43,648 nucleotides of DNA from a virus (Duplodnaviria; Caudoviricetes): positions 1-43,648 of IMG/VR virus record IMGVR_UViG_3300048855_000207; one strand, given 5' to 3'. Below the pieces are notes generated by a model that was given only the letters and a program-made list of their open reading frames with translations, made no database searches and was not told where the DNA came from. Both the position numbers and the translations under genes were made by a program. Below, piece by piece: positions 42,617-43,648 of this stretch. Positions within the stretch are counted from its first letter, which is position 1, and each line of letters begins with the position of its first letter.

Positions 42617-43648
42617 ATGGCAATCTATCCGGACAAGAAGGACGGCAAGCTAACCGGACGCTTCCGGGTCGAGCTTCAGCGCGGCACCGAGCGCTACCGT
42701 AAGCGCTGGGACAGCTACGCTGAGGCGCAAGTCGACGAGGCCCGCGTAATGGCTGCCTGGGATCGCGGAGAGGCTCCTACGGGCGTCCTGGCCCCCGTTG
42801 CGGCCACGTCGGTCCACACGGTCGCCTCGGTTACGAAGGTTGCCCGCGGCGAGCTGTGGCGGAACCAGTCGAGCGAGGAGAGCGCCTGGGCCCATATGCG
42901 CGAGATGGGCCGCATCTTCGGCGAGAACCGATCGCTTGAGGAGGTGGACACTGTCGTCATCGACGCCATCGCTCGGGAGCTCACCAGCCGGGGGAAGCAG
43001 GACACGACCGTGAACCGCTACCTCAGCCACTTTCGCACGTTCCTCGTCTACGCACGGGACCGCAAGTGGATGAGCCGCACGGCGTTCGACGAGATTAAGT
43101 GGGCGTGGCGGAAAGAGACGCCTGGGCGCATTCGCTGGATCACGCGGACCGAAGAGGCCGGGATGAAGGCCTTCCTCCTCAGCAAAGGGCAGGAGGCCAT
43201 GTGGCACTTCATCAAGGTCGCTATCGAGACCGGGTGCCGCCGATCGGAGCTACTCACTGCCAAGCTCGACCAGATCAACGGCAACCGCCTGCACCTTTGG
43301 AAGACGAAGACCGACCAAGCGCGGACGATCCCTATGTCCGATGCGACCCGCACGATGCTGGTCGACCTGATCGAGGCGGGCACGATGCCGAGCAAGCGAG
43401 GCCTGAGGTCTTGGTGGGATCGCATGGCCCTCCAGATGGGCCTCGATAAGGATGACGACTTCGTGTTTCACACGTGCCGCCATACGTGCGCTACGCGGCT
43501 CCTAGATGCCGGCGTCGACATCCTCATCATCAAGGAATGGCTAGGCCACAGTCGCATCGAGACGACGCTACGCTACACACACGTGAAGCCGAAAAACCTG
43601 GAAGCGGCATTGCTTGCGGTGGGGGAACTTAGCTCCCGCGCTGCATAA
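42617..43648 (+). CDS. int: Tyrosine recombinase / phage integrase
   Basis: TGCRRSEL (R), TKT (K), FHTCRHT (HxxR), LGH, TTLRYTH (Y). Confidence 0.96.
   Translation: MAIYPDKKDGKLTGRFRVELQRGTERYRKRWDSYAEAQVDEARVMAAWDRGEAPTGVLAPVAATSVHTVASVTKVARGELWRNQSSEESAWAHMREMGRIFGENRSLEEVDTVVIDAIARELTSRGKQDTTVNRYLSHFRTFLVYARDRKWMSRTAFDEIKWAWRKETPGRIRWITRTEEAGMKAFLLSKGQEAMWHFIKVAIETGCRRSELLTAKLDQINGNRLHLWKTKTDQARTIPMSDATRTMLVDLIEAGTMPSKRGLRSWWDRMALQMGLDKDDDFVFHTCRHTCATRLLDAGVDILIIKEWLGHSRIETTLRYTHVKPKNLEAALLAVGELSSRAA

Larger units (their letters stand above)
1..43648. mobile_element. Temperate podophage / prophage with T7-type RNAP and tyrosine integrase
   Basis: Continuous phage gene content (RNAP, replication, lysis, terminase, portal, capsid, tail, integrase); no host housekeeping genes; att sites not visible inside the window. 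Confidence 0.93.

Overview
The whole window reads as one GC-rich temperate podophage genome, most likely an integrated prophage of an alphaproteobacterium. Sphingomonas-like host is my inference from the alpha-type LexA boxes and one small-protein family. It starts at the ATG of a T7-type single-subunit RNA polymerase and ends at the stop codon of a tyrosine integrase, so the att sites probably lie just outside the window. Layout: (1) 1-19.3 kb, T7-like RNAP and replication module (SSB, endonuclease I, primase-helicase, family A polymerase, gp5.7-like, 5'-3' exonuclease), interleaved with lysis genes, nucleotide-acting enzymes and antisense morons; (2) 19.3-24.9 kb, control and accessory region (LexA-boxed XRE regulator, leftward small genes, lipoproteins, second LexA-boxed gene pair, IS5 relic, non-coding repeats and hairpins); (3) 24.9-42.1 kb, a virion module that is not T7-like but resembles phiEco32/SU10/LUZ24-type podoviruses, with tail and ejection genes placed before the terminase; (4) MarR-like wHTH plus integrase. 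The most notable signals form a candidate lysogeny circuit without a cI-type repressor: RNAP cut off from its upstream promoter by integration, only two T7-like phage promoters, a 23-bp motif in seven intergenic control positions, and a triple-GAAC LexA operator before an HTH protein whose C-terminal domain recurs as a stand-alone gene. All family assignments come from motif recognition by eye; no database search was run.
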